Source of the DNA: an uncultured Fluviicola sp.
GTDB lineage: Bacteria > Bacteroidota > Bacteroidia > Flavobacteriales_D > Crocinitomicaceae
DNA length: 64,000 nt
Assembly (NCBI RefSeq): GCF_902168135.1
Contig: NZ_CABHOL010000043.1
Location: 19,969-83,968 of the forward strand
Reading direction: 5' to 3'
The notes under the pieces: generated by a model
Told to the model about the DNA's origin: nothing
Database searches by the model: none
Seen by the model: the letters and a program-made list of their open reading frames with translations, nothing else
In this document: positions 8,508 through 16,601 of the stretch, piece by piece
Layout: each line of letters opens with the position of its first letter
Numbering within the stretch: the first letter of the stretch is position 1
Made by a program: the position numbers and the translations under genes

Positions 8508-9464
8508 TTATTTGAAGAGTTCCGTTAAAACGCGCCCTTTCCCGGTTGGCATGGAGAAGTGCAGCATTTCCGAAATGGTTTTGCTGATATCCAATTGTTC
8601 TGCACAGTCTTTGGATTCTACGTTCTTTTTGAAATCCGGTCCCATAGCCAGTAAGGTGATGTGTCTGCACCCTTCGCAATTATCACCATGGCTGATGTAT
8701 CCGTCTTTGTGTCCATCCAGGTGCCGCCCGTGATCATTCGTAATGATAAGTGCCGTTTTATCTTTCAGTTTTTCATTCGACTGGATCATATTCCACAACT
8801 GAAACGCATAGTCGTCGCACTTCTGGATTGATTTCAAATACATATCCCATTGTTTGGAATGTGCGTATGCATCTGCCGCAAGCAGGTTGATGAGCATCAA
8901 ATGCGGTGGATTATTTCCCGAAAGCAGTTCGGTAACTTTATCAAAGGTTTCCTGGTCTGAGGTGTAATCGGCCCCATTTCCATGCAATCCGCAATAAGTT
9001 TCGGGTTTGTAAACGTTCCACCATTTTTTATACTTCGTATTTCCAAGTACTTCCAGTTTCCCTTTACTTGAAACAACCCATGCATCCGATTTTGGAACTC
9101 CTTTTTCCTTGAGGTAATACTGGAACATCGTCGGATATTTGGGAAGCTGTTTTCCGGCATTCGAAAGGTGCTGGTATCGGCCTGTAATGATTGCTGAGTG
9201 CCCGGAAATCGTATAAGTGGGACCGTTATTGCGAAAGTTGCTTAAAAGAACACCTTCTTTTTTCAGTTCATTTCCTAAATGAGGGATGTATTGGTAGGTA
9301 GTGTCGCCAAATGTTTCCGTATAGCGCGGTCCGTCAATAATTAATACATATACATACTCAGTATTGTATTTTACAGTCTTTTCATCAGGCAGTTTATTGA
9401 AATCGAAAGAAGAAGTAAGGATTACCCCAATTGCGATTACCACTGAAAGCAACAATTTAGCCAT
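8508..9464 (-). CDS. Alkaline phosphatase superfamily (phosphodiesterase/sulfatase-like) secreted protein
   Basis: Signal peptide; metal-binding LIIDG, T-nucleophile TYTISGHSAIITG, DAYAH, TNDHG. Confidence 0.8.
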   Translation of the reverse strand: MAKLLLSVVIAIGVILTSSFDFNKLPDEKTVKYNTEYVYVLIIDGPRYTETFGDTTYQYIPHLGNELKKEGVLLSNFRNNGPTYTISGHSAIITGRYQHLSNAGKQLPKYPTMFQYYLKEKGVPKSDAWVVSSKGKLEVLGNTKYKKWWNVYKPETYCGLHGNGADYTSDQETFDKVTELLSGNNPPHLMLINLLAADAYAHSKQWDMYLKSIQKCDDYAFQLWNMIQSNEKLKDKTALIITNDHGRHLDGHKDGYISHGDNCEGCRHITLLAMGPDFKKNVESKDCAEQLDISKTISEMLHFSMPTGKGRVLTELFK

Positions 9465-9790
9465 GTTTCATTTTGAAGTCCTAAAGTTACTTTTTTCTAT
9501 GATATAGAACGATTGTGAAATATTGGCAATTAAAATAAAAGCAGTTTTGTAACGTTTCTTAATTTTAGAATTCTTAACTGAGAGACTTCTGTTTATGGTA
9601 AGCTTTTTCGGGATTAACTATTTCATTTATTGCGTGAGGGTTCTGTTCTCCAACAGGGAAAATGACCCTTCTTTTTTTGTATATTACTCTGCATTAATTC
9701 CAATTCCGATTCCAATTCAAAAAGGCCCCGTTAAACTTACGCTGCATTCTTAAAACAATTTTACTAAAGGAGATTACAACTATTTATTCG

Positions 9791-10549
9791 ATGACTATGA
9801 AAACTAAGAGGGTATTAATTATTGATGACGAAGTCGACGCAAGGCGTGTCATTTCTAAATACTTAGAGCGATATTTTCCAAATTTCCAGGTGTTGGGTGA
9901 AGCGGATTCATTCAAATCTGCGGTTCAGCTGATCAATGAAACGGAAGCTGATCTGATCTTTATCGATATCAACCTGGGAGACGGAACGGGATTTGATGTA
10001 CTTGATGAAAGTGATTCTTTTGCCGCTCAGATTATTTTCACAACTGCGTTTGATCAATATGCCGTGAAGGCTTTCAGGTACCAGGCCCTTGATTATTTAA
10101 TGAAGCCTATCGATTCGGAATTATTTGTTGAAGCAGTTAACCAGGCATTGGATAAAGTACGAGAAAAACGTTCCATGAGTGCCGATCAGATTTTGATCTC
10201 TTATGGTAACGGTGAACGTAAGATTTCGATTCCTACGGCAGATGGAATGTGTTTTGTAAAGTTGGATTCAATTGTGTCTTTCGAAGCAGACAGCTCTTAC
10301 TGTAAAGTTTTCCTGGACGACGCGAAGGAAATATTGGTTTCCAAACCCCTGAAATTTTTCGATGATAAATTAAAAACGAATGTAAATTTTATTCGTCCGC
10401 ATAAATCATTCATTGTAAATATGAAATACGTGGATGAATACCTCAAGGAAGAGGGTGGATACATTAAGATGAAAAACGGGTTAAAAATCCCGATATCACG
10501 TCAAAAGAAAGAAGATGTGATCCGGGATCTTCAGACGCATTTTTTATGA
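9791..10549 (+). CDS. LytTR family two-component response regulator
   Basis: REC domain (IIDDE, FIDI, FTTAFDQYA, DYLMKP) plus LytTR domain (FIRPHKSFIVN, IPISRQKK). Confidence 0.93.
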   Translation: MTMKTKRVLIIDDEVDARRVISKYLERYFPNFQVLGEADSFKSAVQLINETEADLIFIDINLGDGTGFDVLDESDSFAAQIIFTTAFDQYAVKAFRYQALDYLMKPIDSELFVEAVNQALDKVREKRSMSADQILISYGNGERKISIPTADGMCFVKLDSIVSFEADSSYCKVFLDDAKEILVSKPLKFFDDKLKTNVNFIRPHKSFIVNMKYVDEYLKEEGGYIKMKNGLKIPISRQKKEDVIRDLQTHFL

Positions 10550-10551
10550 TA

Positions 10552-10593
10552 AAACCATTTGGGCATGCAATTAATCGCATGCCCAGATGGTTT
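10552..10593. terminator. Bidirectional hairpin terminator between convergent genes (REP-like loop)
   Basis: Stem AAACCATTTGGGCATGC / GCATGCCCAGATGGTTT with loop AATTAATC. Confidence 0.75.
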
Positions 10594-11899
10594 ACGGGAT
10601 CAATTTCTTATAATCTCCGGTAAACAAAGACAGGTTCAAAACGGCGGTTCTCAGGTTGAATTCCGAAGTTAACTGGCGGTTTTTCGCCTGAATAATAGAG
10701 AATTGAATTTCACGCAGTTCGAATTGGGTCAAAGAACCGTTTTCAAACGATTTCTGTGCGATCTCAAACATCTCTGTAGTATTCACGATCGAACTGTTCT
10801 CCAATCGGTACATGCGTTCCGAAAAGATGTAGTCCTGCCATGCTTTATCGACTTCCGTTTTGATGCTCTGCTCTTGTTTTTCAACGGCAAACTCCGCATT
10901 TTCTTTTTGCAGTTTGTTGTTCTTTACTGCAGTAACATTGGATAAGCCGTCGAGAATTGTCCAGCTTAGTGTCAACCCGATTCCCGGCCCCAAACTACGA
11001 TTGGATGCGAGTAACCCGACTTCACTTTTGGAAACAGTTGCCGAATATTGCGCGTAAAAGGATAATTGCGGATAGTAACGACTCTGCAATTCTTTGCGCT
11101 GCTGGTCGATAATGGCAATCTGGCTTTTTTGGACTAATAAACTGGTGTTCTGGGAAAGTGCGTTTTCAAGGATTGTTGCCTGACTGAGTGCCGGAATGGC
11201 AGGGATGTTATCGTCTATTTCAAACTGCATATTGCCGGCTTCTCCCATAACCATTGCCAGGTCTGCCTTCATTTTACCGATCTGGTTCAAATGATTCAGG
11301 TAATTTGAGCTGTCTGTATTCAGATCTAATTTGGCCTGGAGTAATTCCAGGTCACTTGCTGCTCCGTTTTTGGAACGCAGCGAAATGAGATCGAAACGTT
11401 CTTTAGACAATTGAATGGCTTCTTCATAGACTACCTGCATGCGTTTGTAATACTGCAGACTATAATAGAGAACAGAAGCCTGGTAGATTGACATTTCCAT
11501 TTGAGCCGTAAGGTTAACGGTTGCGAGGTCTTCCTCTAACTGCAAACGCTTATCTCGTGCGAACATGGCAAAACCATCAAAAAAAGTCCAGTTTAAACGT
11601 GCGGCAGCCGTCAGGGAATTGTTATTGGCCCCGTTCTTTTCATTTACCTGACCCGAATAGAATTCCTGGCGCGTATTGGTGGTTGTCCAGTTTTGGTCGG
11701 CGTTTACTCCGATAGTCGGTAAATATCCGGCGGCCCCGATGTTGTTTGAGTTGTCGGCTATTTGAACATTGTTGCGTTGTATCAGCACATCGAAATTCTT
11801 TTCCAGCGTACGTTTGATGACCTCTTCAAAGGAGAGCACCTGCTGGGAAAAAGCCTTAATGCTGAAAAAAATCAGGAAGACAAGAATGCTGTTTTTCAT
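10592..11899 (-). CDS. TolC family outer membrane efflux protein
   Basis: Signal peptide; two OEP repeats (YLPTIGV, YYPQLSF); last gene of the RND operon. Confidence 0.9.
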   Translation of the reverse strand: MKNSILVFLIFFSIKAFSQQVLSFEEVIKRTLEKNFDVLIQRNNVQIADNSNNIGAAGYLPTIGVNADQNWTTTNTRQEFYSGQVNEKNGANNNSLTAAARLNWTFFDGFAMFARDKRLQLEEDLATVNLTAQMEMSIYQASVLYYSLQYYKRMQVVYEEAIQLSKERFDLISLRSKNGAASDLELLQAKLDLNTDSSNYLNHLNQIGKMKADLAMVMGEAGNMQFEIDDNIPAIPALSQATILENALSQNTSLLVQKSQIAIIDQQRKELQSRYYPQLSFYAQYSATVSKSEVGLLASNRSLGPGIGLTLSWTILDGLSNVTAVKNNKLQKENAEFAVEKQEQSIKTEVDKAWQDYIFSERMYRLENSSIVNTTEMFEIAQKSFENGSLTQFELREIQFSIIQAKNRQLTSEFNLRTAVLNLSLFTGDYKKLIP

Positions 11900-14800
11900 G
11901 GCTTTACTTTCAATTTTTTGGATGTCAGGTAAACATATAATCCCGGAATCACGAATAGCGTGAGAATCAGTGAAAATGCCAGACCGCCTACAATGGTAAT
12001 ACCCATTGATATGCGGCTGGTTGCGGCGTCTCCCAGAGCCAGCGCGATTGGAAGTGCTCCCAGGATGGTTGCCAGGGTTGTCATTAAAATCGGTCTGAAA
12101 CGCTGTGCAGCGGCTTCTATAATCGCATCGTGGATATTGAATCCTTCTTCGCGTTTCTGGTTGGCAAATTCCACAATCAAAATCCCGTTTTTAGTAACCA
12201 AACCAACCAGTACAATGATCCCGATCTCTGAGAAAATATTCAATGTCTGATCGGTAAACCAAAGCGAAAGAACGGCTCCGGCAAGTGCAAGAACAATGGT
12301 AATCATGATAATAACCGGATCACTGAAGCTTTCAAATTGTGCTGCCAGGATAAGATAAATGAGAACCAAAGCCAGGATGAATGCGAAAACGATGCTATTC
12401 CCGCTTTCTGCAAACTCTTTCGATGTTCCTGCCAGGCTGTGTGAAAAACTTTCCGGAAGTACTTCAGCTGCAATTTTGTCCATTGCCTGGATACCGTCAC
12501 CGATGGTGAAACCGTCATTGGGCTGGGCAGAGACCGTCGCTGAAATGTACCGGTTGTAACGATAAAGCTGCGGGGGACTGGATTCATTGGTCAGCTTAAT
12601 AACGTTGTCAATCGGAATCAGATTTTCCTGATCGGTGCGCACCTGGACAGTACTTAAGTCGGCAGGGTCGTTTCGTTTATCGCGATTTGCCTGACCGATT
12701 ACCTGGTATTGTTTCCCGTTGAGAACAAAATAACCGTAACGCTGCCCGGAAAAATAGAGCTGCAGGGTAGAAGCGATTTCTTTTACATCCACACCAAGGC
12801 TTGCGGCTTTGTCCCGATCAATCTCTACCTGTAATTCCGGTTTGTTGAACTTCAGGTCCACGTCCACCATTTTAAATGTCGGATCACTCGAAGCTTTTTC
12901 CAAAAACTTCGGCAGAATTTCTTTCATCTGTTCAAAATTCGGAGCCTGAAGTACATATTGAACGGGAAATCCTGCAGATCGGCCGCCACCGATCGTTTGT
13001 TCCTGGATCACGATGTTCTTCGCGAAGTTATAAGACCCCAGAATCGGAGTGAGTGCATTGACAATTTCTTCCTGTGTGCGTTTGCGTTCTTTTCCCGGAA
13101 CAAGGTTTACACGGATAAAAGAGGTGTTTACGGCATTGGAAGAGAAACTCGGAGATGTCACCGCGATAATGTTGTCTTTTTCCGGCATCGTATCGATCAA
13201 ACTGATCAGCTGCTGCTGATGTGCATCCATGCGTTCGAAGGAAGCTCCTTCCGGAGCGGTAGATCGGATCTGGAAACGTCCTTTATCTTCCATTGGAGCA
13301 AGTTCTGTTTGTAGATCGGAACCAGCCCAAAAAATAAGAATGATACAGGTGACCATTAAAATAAATGCAATCCACGGGCGTTTCATGAAACGGAGTAATC
13401 CGTTCCTGTATCCCGTCATCAATTTATTCAGCCACACTTCTGTCATTTTGTAAAAACGCGAATGACGTTCGTTCTTTTTCAATAAACGCGAACTCATCAT
13501 GGGAGTCAGTGTCAGGGAAATAAAGGCCGAAATAATGACGGATCCTGCAACCACAATTCCAAATTCACGGAAAAGACGTCCTGTTAATCCCTGGAGGAAA
13601 ATAACGGGTAAGAATACAACGGAAAGCGTGATGGTTGTTGAAATAATTGCAAAGAAGATTTCTGCAGAACCTTTGTGTGCGGCTTCTTTCGGGTCTTCAC
13701 CTTTTTCTACACGGGAGTATATATTTTCCATCACTACAATGGCATCGTCGACCACCAAACCGGTAGCCAGAACAATTCCCAACAGAGTCAATAAGTTGAT
13801 AGAGAAGTTGGAAATGTACATGATGAAGAAAGTTCCGATCAGAGAGATCGGTATCGCAATAATCGGTATCAGGGTAGTGCGCCAGTCGCGCAGGAACAGG
13901 AAAATAATAATGACTACCAACCCGAAAGCGATCAAAATGGTTTCTTCTACTTCCGAGATGGATTTACGGATATTTTGCGTTGCATCCAGAGCTACACCTA
14001 AGCGTACATCTGCCGGAAGTTCTTTTTTGATCTGGTTGATCTTTTTGTAAATTTCATCAACGATTTCAATGTAATTTGCCCCGGGCTGTGGGTTTACGGC
14101 GATACCGATCATCGGGGTTCCGTGGTTCCCGCGAAGCAGGGTGCGTTCGTTTTCAGGAGAAAGAACAGCCTGACCGATATCTTTTAAACGGATAATTTGT
14201 GTTCCCTGTTTGGCGATAATCATGTTGTTGAATTCCTCTTCGGTAGAAAGTCTTCCGAATGTGCGGATGGTCAATTCTACGGAATTCCCCTCAATACGTC
14301 CGGATGGCAGCTCCACGTTTTGGTTGCTAAGGGCATTTTGAACCTCGAAAGGGGTGATGTTCATCCCGGCCATTTTTTCGGGGTCGAGGTTGAGTTTCAT
14401 GGAGAATTTCTTCTCCCCCCAGATCCTGATCTCGGAAATTCCCTTTACGGTTTGAAGCCTTTCTTTGAAAACATTGTTTCCCAAATCAGACAATTCCAGT
14501 AAGGATTTTTTGTCGGATTGAACGGTCAGTGAGAAAATAGTCTCTGCGTTGGCATCTGATTTTACAACAACCGGAGGATCAGCATCCGGGGGAAGGTTAC
14601 GGACCGCACCCGATACTTTATCGCGGACGTCATTTGCCGCAGCGTCGAGGTCTACACTCAGGTCAAATTCTACCGTAATTGAACTTCGTCCGTCAGAACT
14701 GGTAGAACTTACGGTCCGGATTCCCGAAATACCATTAATGGCTTCTTCCAGCGGTTCGGTAATCTGCGACTCAATAACATCCGGGTTCGCTCCGGTGTAA

Positions 14801-14949
14801 TTGGTAGTAACCGTAATTATAGGAGGGTCAACGGAGGGGAATTCACGAACTCCCAGGAACAGGAAACCGATAACTCCGAAAAGAATGACAATAATCGATA
14901 GTACGGAAGCAAGTACAGGTCTATTGATACTTATGGATGCAATGTTCAT
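11896..14949 (-). CDS. RND efflux transporter permease (AcrB/AcrD/AcrF family)
   Basis: RPVLA N-terminus, GLVVDDAIVVMENI, KNGILIVEFA, RFRPILMTTLA; 1017 aa. Confidence 0.95.
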   Translation of the reverse strand: MNIASISINRPVLASVLSIIVILFGVIGFLFLGVREFPSVDPPIITVTTNYTGANPDVIESQITEPLEEAINGISGIRTVSSTSSDGRSSITVEFDLSVDLDAAANDVRDKVSGAVRNLPPDADPPVVVKSDANAETIFSLTVQSDKKSLLELSDLGNNVFKERLQTVKGISEIRIWGEKKFSMKLNLDPEKMAGMNITPFEVQNALSNQNVELPSGRIEGNSVELTIRTFGRLSTEEEFNNMIIAKQGTQIIRLKDIGQAVLSPENERTLLRGNHGTPMIGIAVNPQPGANYIEIVDEIYKKINQIKKELPADVRLGVALDATQNIRKSISEVEETILIAFGLVVIIIFLFLRDWRTTLIPIIAIPISLIGTFFIMYISNFSINLLTLLGIVLATGLVVDDAIVVMENIYSRVEKGEDPKEAAHKGSAEIFFAIISTTITLSVVFLPVIFLQGLTGRLFREFGIVVAGSVIISAFISLTLTPMMSSRLLKKNERHSRFYKMTEVWLNKLMTGYRNGLLRFMKRPWIAFILMVTCIILIFWAGSDLQTELAPMEDKGRFQIRSTAPEGASFERMDAHQQQLISLIDTMPEKDNIIAVTSPSFSSNAVNTSFIRVNLVPGKERKRTQEEIVNALTPILGSYNFAKNIVIQEQTIGGGRSAGFPVQYVLQAPNFEQMKEILPKFLEKASSDPTFKMVDVDLKFNKPELQVEIDRDKAASLGVDVKEIASTLQLYFSGQRYGYFVLNGKQYQVIGQANRDKRNDPADLSTVQVRTDQENLIPIDNVIKLTNESSPPQLYRYNRYISATVSAQPNDGFTIGDGIQAMDKIAAEVLPESFSHSLAGTSKEFAESGNSIVFAFILALVLIYLILAAQFESFSDPVIIMITIVLALAGAVLSLWFTDQTLNIFSEIGIIVLVGLVTKNGILIVEFANQKREEGFNIHDAIIEAAAQRFRPILMTTLATILGALPIALALGDAATSRISMGITIVGGLAFSLILTLFVIPGLYVYLTSKKLKVKP

Positions 14950-15977
14950 TTTCCTGCCATTTTAGTTTTCACCGGTGCGCCTGCTTTAACTGCTAATAAT
15001 CCGGATATCAATACCTGGTCACCTTCTTTTAAATTCCCGATTACCTGTACTTTGTCAGGTGTTCTGATTCCGATTTCGACCGGAATTTCTTCTACTAATC
15101 CATTTCTCACTACAAAGATCTTTTGCCCCTTTAAAACAGGGACCACACTTTCCGTTGGAACCATGAAGGCATTTTCCTCCTTGCCCATATCGTAATTGAT
15201 CGAAACAAAAGAACCGGCGATTAATCCTCCCGGATTCGGGAGAGAAGCGCGAACGGTCATCATACGTGTTCCTTCATCGATTCTTGGTTCGAAGGCATAG
15301 ACTTTTCCCGAATAAGATTTGGAATCGCCCTCTGTTTTAAATTGGATCATTTGGCCGATCCGTACATTCCGTGCATACTTTTCAGGCACGGAGAATTCAA
15401 TCTTTGCAGGATTTTCCTGTACAATGGAAGTGATGAGTGTACTGGTGGAAATAAATGCACCTTCGCTGACATGTCTCAGGCCGATTCTCCCGGAAAATGG
15501 AGCACGGATAGTTGCTTTGGAAATCTGGACGTTTAATAATTCCAGTTTGGCTTTGGCGTCTGCCAGCGCTGATTGTGAAACTTCGTAATCCTGCAGACTA
15601 ATTCCTTTTGCCTGATACAAACTCCTTTTTCGGGCTTCGTCTTTTTCAGCCAGGTCCTGCTCTACCAATAATTGTGCTTTCTGAGCTTTTAAGATATCCG
15701 AATCAACCTGGACAAGAATGGTGCCTTTTGCAACACTTTGTCCTTCTCTGAAGGCAATGCGCTGAATTCTTCCGGAAACTTCCGAATAAATATCTACTTG
15801 TTCGTTCGGGATTACCGAGCCCGGAATAGCTATTGAACGAACAACTTCACCTGCTTTGATCTGAATAACGTCGACTGTAACAACCGGAGCCTTCTGAGCT
15901 TTTAAATCTTCTTTTTTCTCGCCGCAAGCGTTTAAGATAAGAGCAAGTATTAAAATCGGTGAAATCTTTAGTATCAT
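14946..15977 (-). CDS. RND efflux periplasmic adaptor (MFP) lipoprotein
   Basis: Lipobox LNAC; SEVSGRI, EGQSVAKG, IRAPFSGRIG lipoyl/hairpin motifs. Confidence 0.93.
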   Translation of the reverse strand: MILKISPILILALILNACGEKKEDLKAQKAPVVTVDVIQIKAGEVVRSIAIPGSVIPNEQVDIYSEVSGRIQRIAFREGQSVAKGTILVQVDSDILKAQKAQLLVEQDLAEKDEARKRSLYQAKGISLQDYEVSQSALADAKAKLELLNVQISKATIRAPFSGRIGLRHVSEGAFISTSTLITSIVQENPAKIEFSVPEKYARNVRIGQMIQFKTEGDSKSYSGKVYAFEPRIDEGTRMMTVRASLPNPGGLIAGSFVSINYDMGKEENAFMVPTESVVPVLKGQKIFVVRNGLVEEIPVEIGIRTPDKVQVIGNLKEGDQVLISGLLAVKAGAPVKTKMAGK

Positions 15978-16014
15978 TGGGTTTTATTTTCGTTGGATGG
16001 AAAAAATTCCGGGT

Positions 16015-16479
16015 TTATTTTTTCGGGTAAAAAAATTCGAACTGGTTAGCCGGGATATCTTGTGTTTTTGTAATGAGTTCTGTAAGAATTAACTGAAAGT
16101 TAGCATGTAAAGACGGATCTAACAAACTAAAAAAGTATTCATTGGCTTCTTTGATACCTTTTTCAATTTCCAGTATCCACGGTTCTGCTTTAGGTGTAAT
16201 ATGAAGCCTGCGCTCTCTGCGATCTTCCGGGTTTGTTTTCCGTTCGATAAAACCATCTTTTTGTAAGGCATCAATAATGCGAACCATTGAAACTTTGTCC
16301 ATGAGGAGTTGATCTGCCAATTCCTGCTGGTTCATTTGCCCATTGTTTTTCCCGATTAAGTACAGGGGAAAATAATACCTCTCTACAGGCGTATGCTCTA
16401 AAAGAAGAGTTAGTTTCCCAATGTATTGCTTTGTCAGAAAGCTGAAAAATCGGCCTAAAGGCCACTCTTGTGTATTCAT
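16015..16479 (-). CDS. MarR family transcriptional regulator (ATG at 16479 preferred over TTG at 16488)
   Basis: QQELADQL...VSMVRIIDALQKDGFIER...DRRER.L.IT wHTH pattern; first gene of the efflux operon. Confidence 0.92.
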   Translation of the reverse strand: MNTQEWPLGRFFSFLTKQYIGKLTLLLEHTPVERYYFPLYLIGKNNGQMNQQELADQLLMDKVSMVRIIDALQKDGFIERKTNPEDRRERRLHITPKAEPWILEIEKGIKEANEYFFSLLDPSLHANFQLILTELITKTQDIPANQFEFFYPKK

Positions 16480-16490
16480 AATCCTCAAGA

Positions 16491-16509
16491 TAGTTAGTAA
16501 AGCTAACTA
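16491..16509. promoter_or_regulatory. Candidate MarR operator, TAGTTAG-N5-CTAACTA
   Basis: Perfect 7-bp inverted repeat 11 bp upstream of marR. It overlaps a minus-strand -7-like box, TAGCTTTA (16498-16505). Confidence 0.65.
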
Positions 16510-16601
16510 ATAACACGGTAATTAGTTGAGATTTAACGAAAAATTGACGAATTTATTGGGATTCTCTTACATTTGTTCGAATAAATCTATTTACCATCAC
16601 T

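Noticed and set aside
9696-9719. (AATTCC)x4-like hexamer run upstream of the LytTR gene
   Set aside because: Short, degenerate and single-copy; could arise by chance in an AT-rich spacer.
11960-14800. Multiple 65-183-aa ORFs antisense to the RND permease
   Set aside because: Shadow ORFs of a conserved gene with no independent evidence. The same applies to the other short overlapping ORFs in the track.
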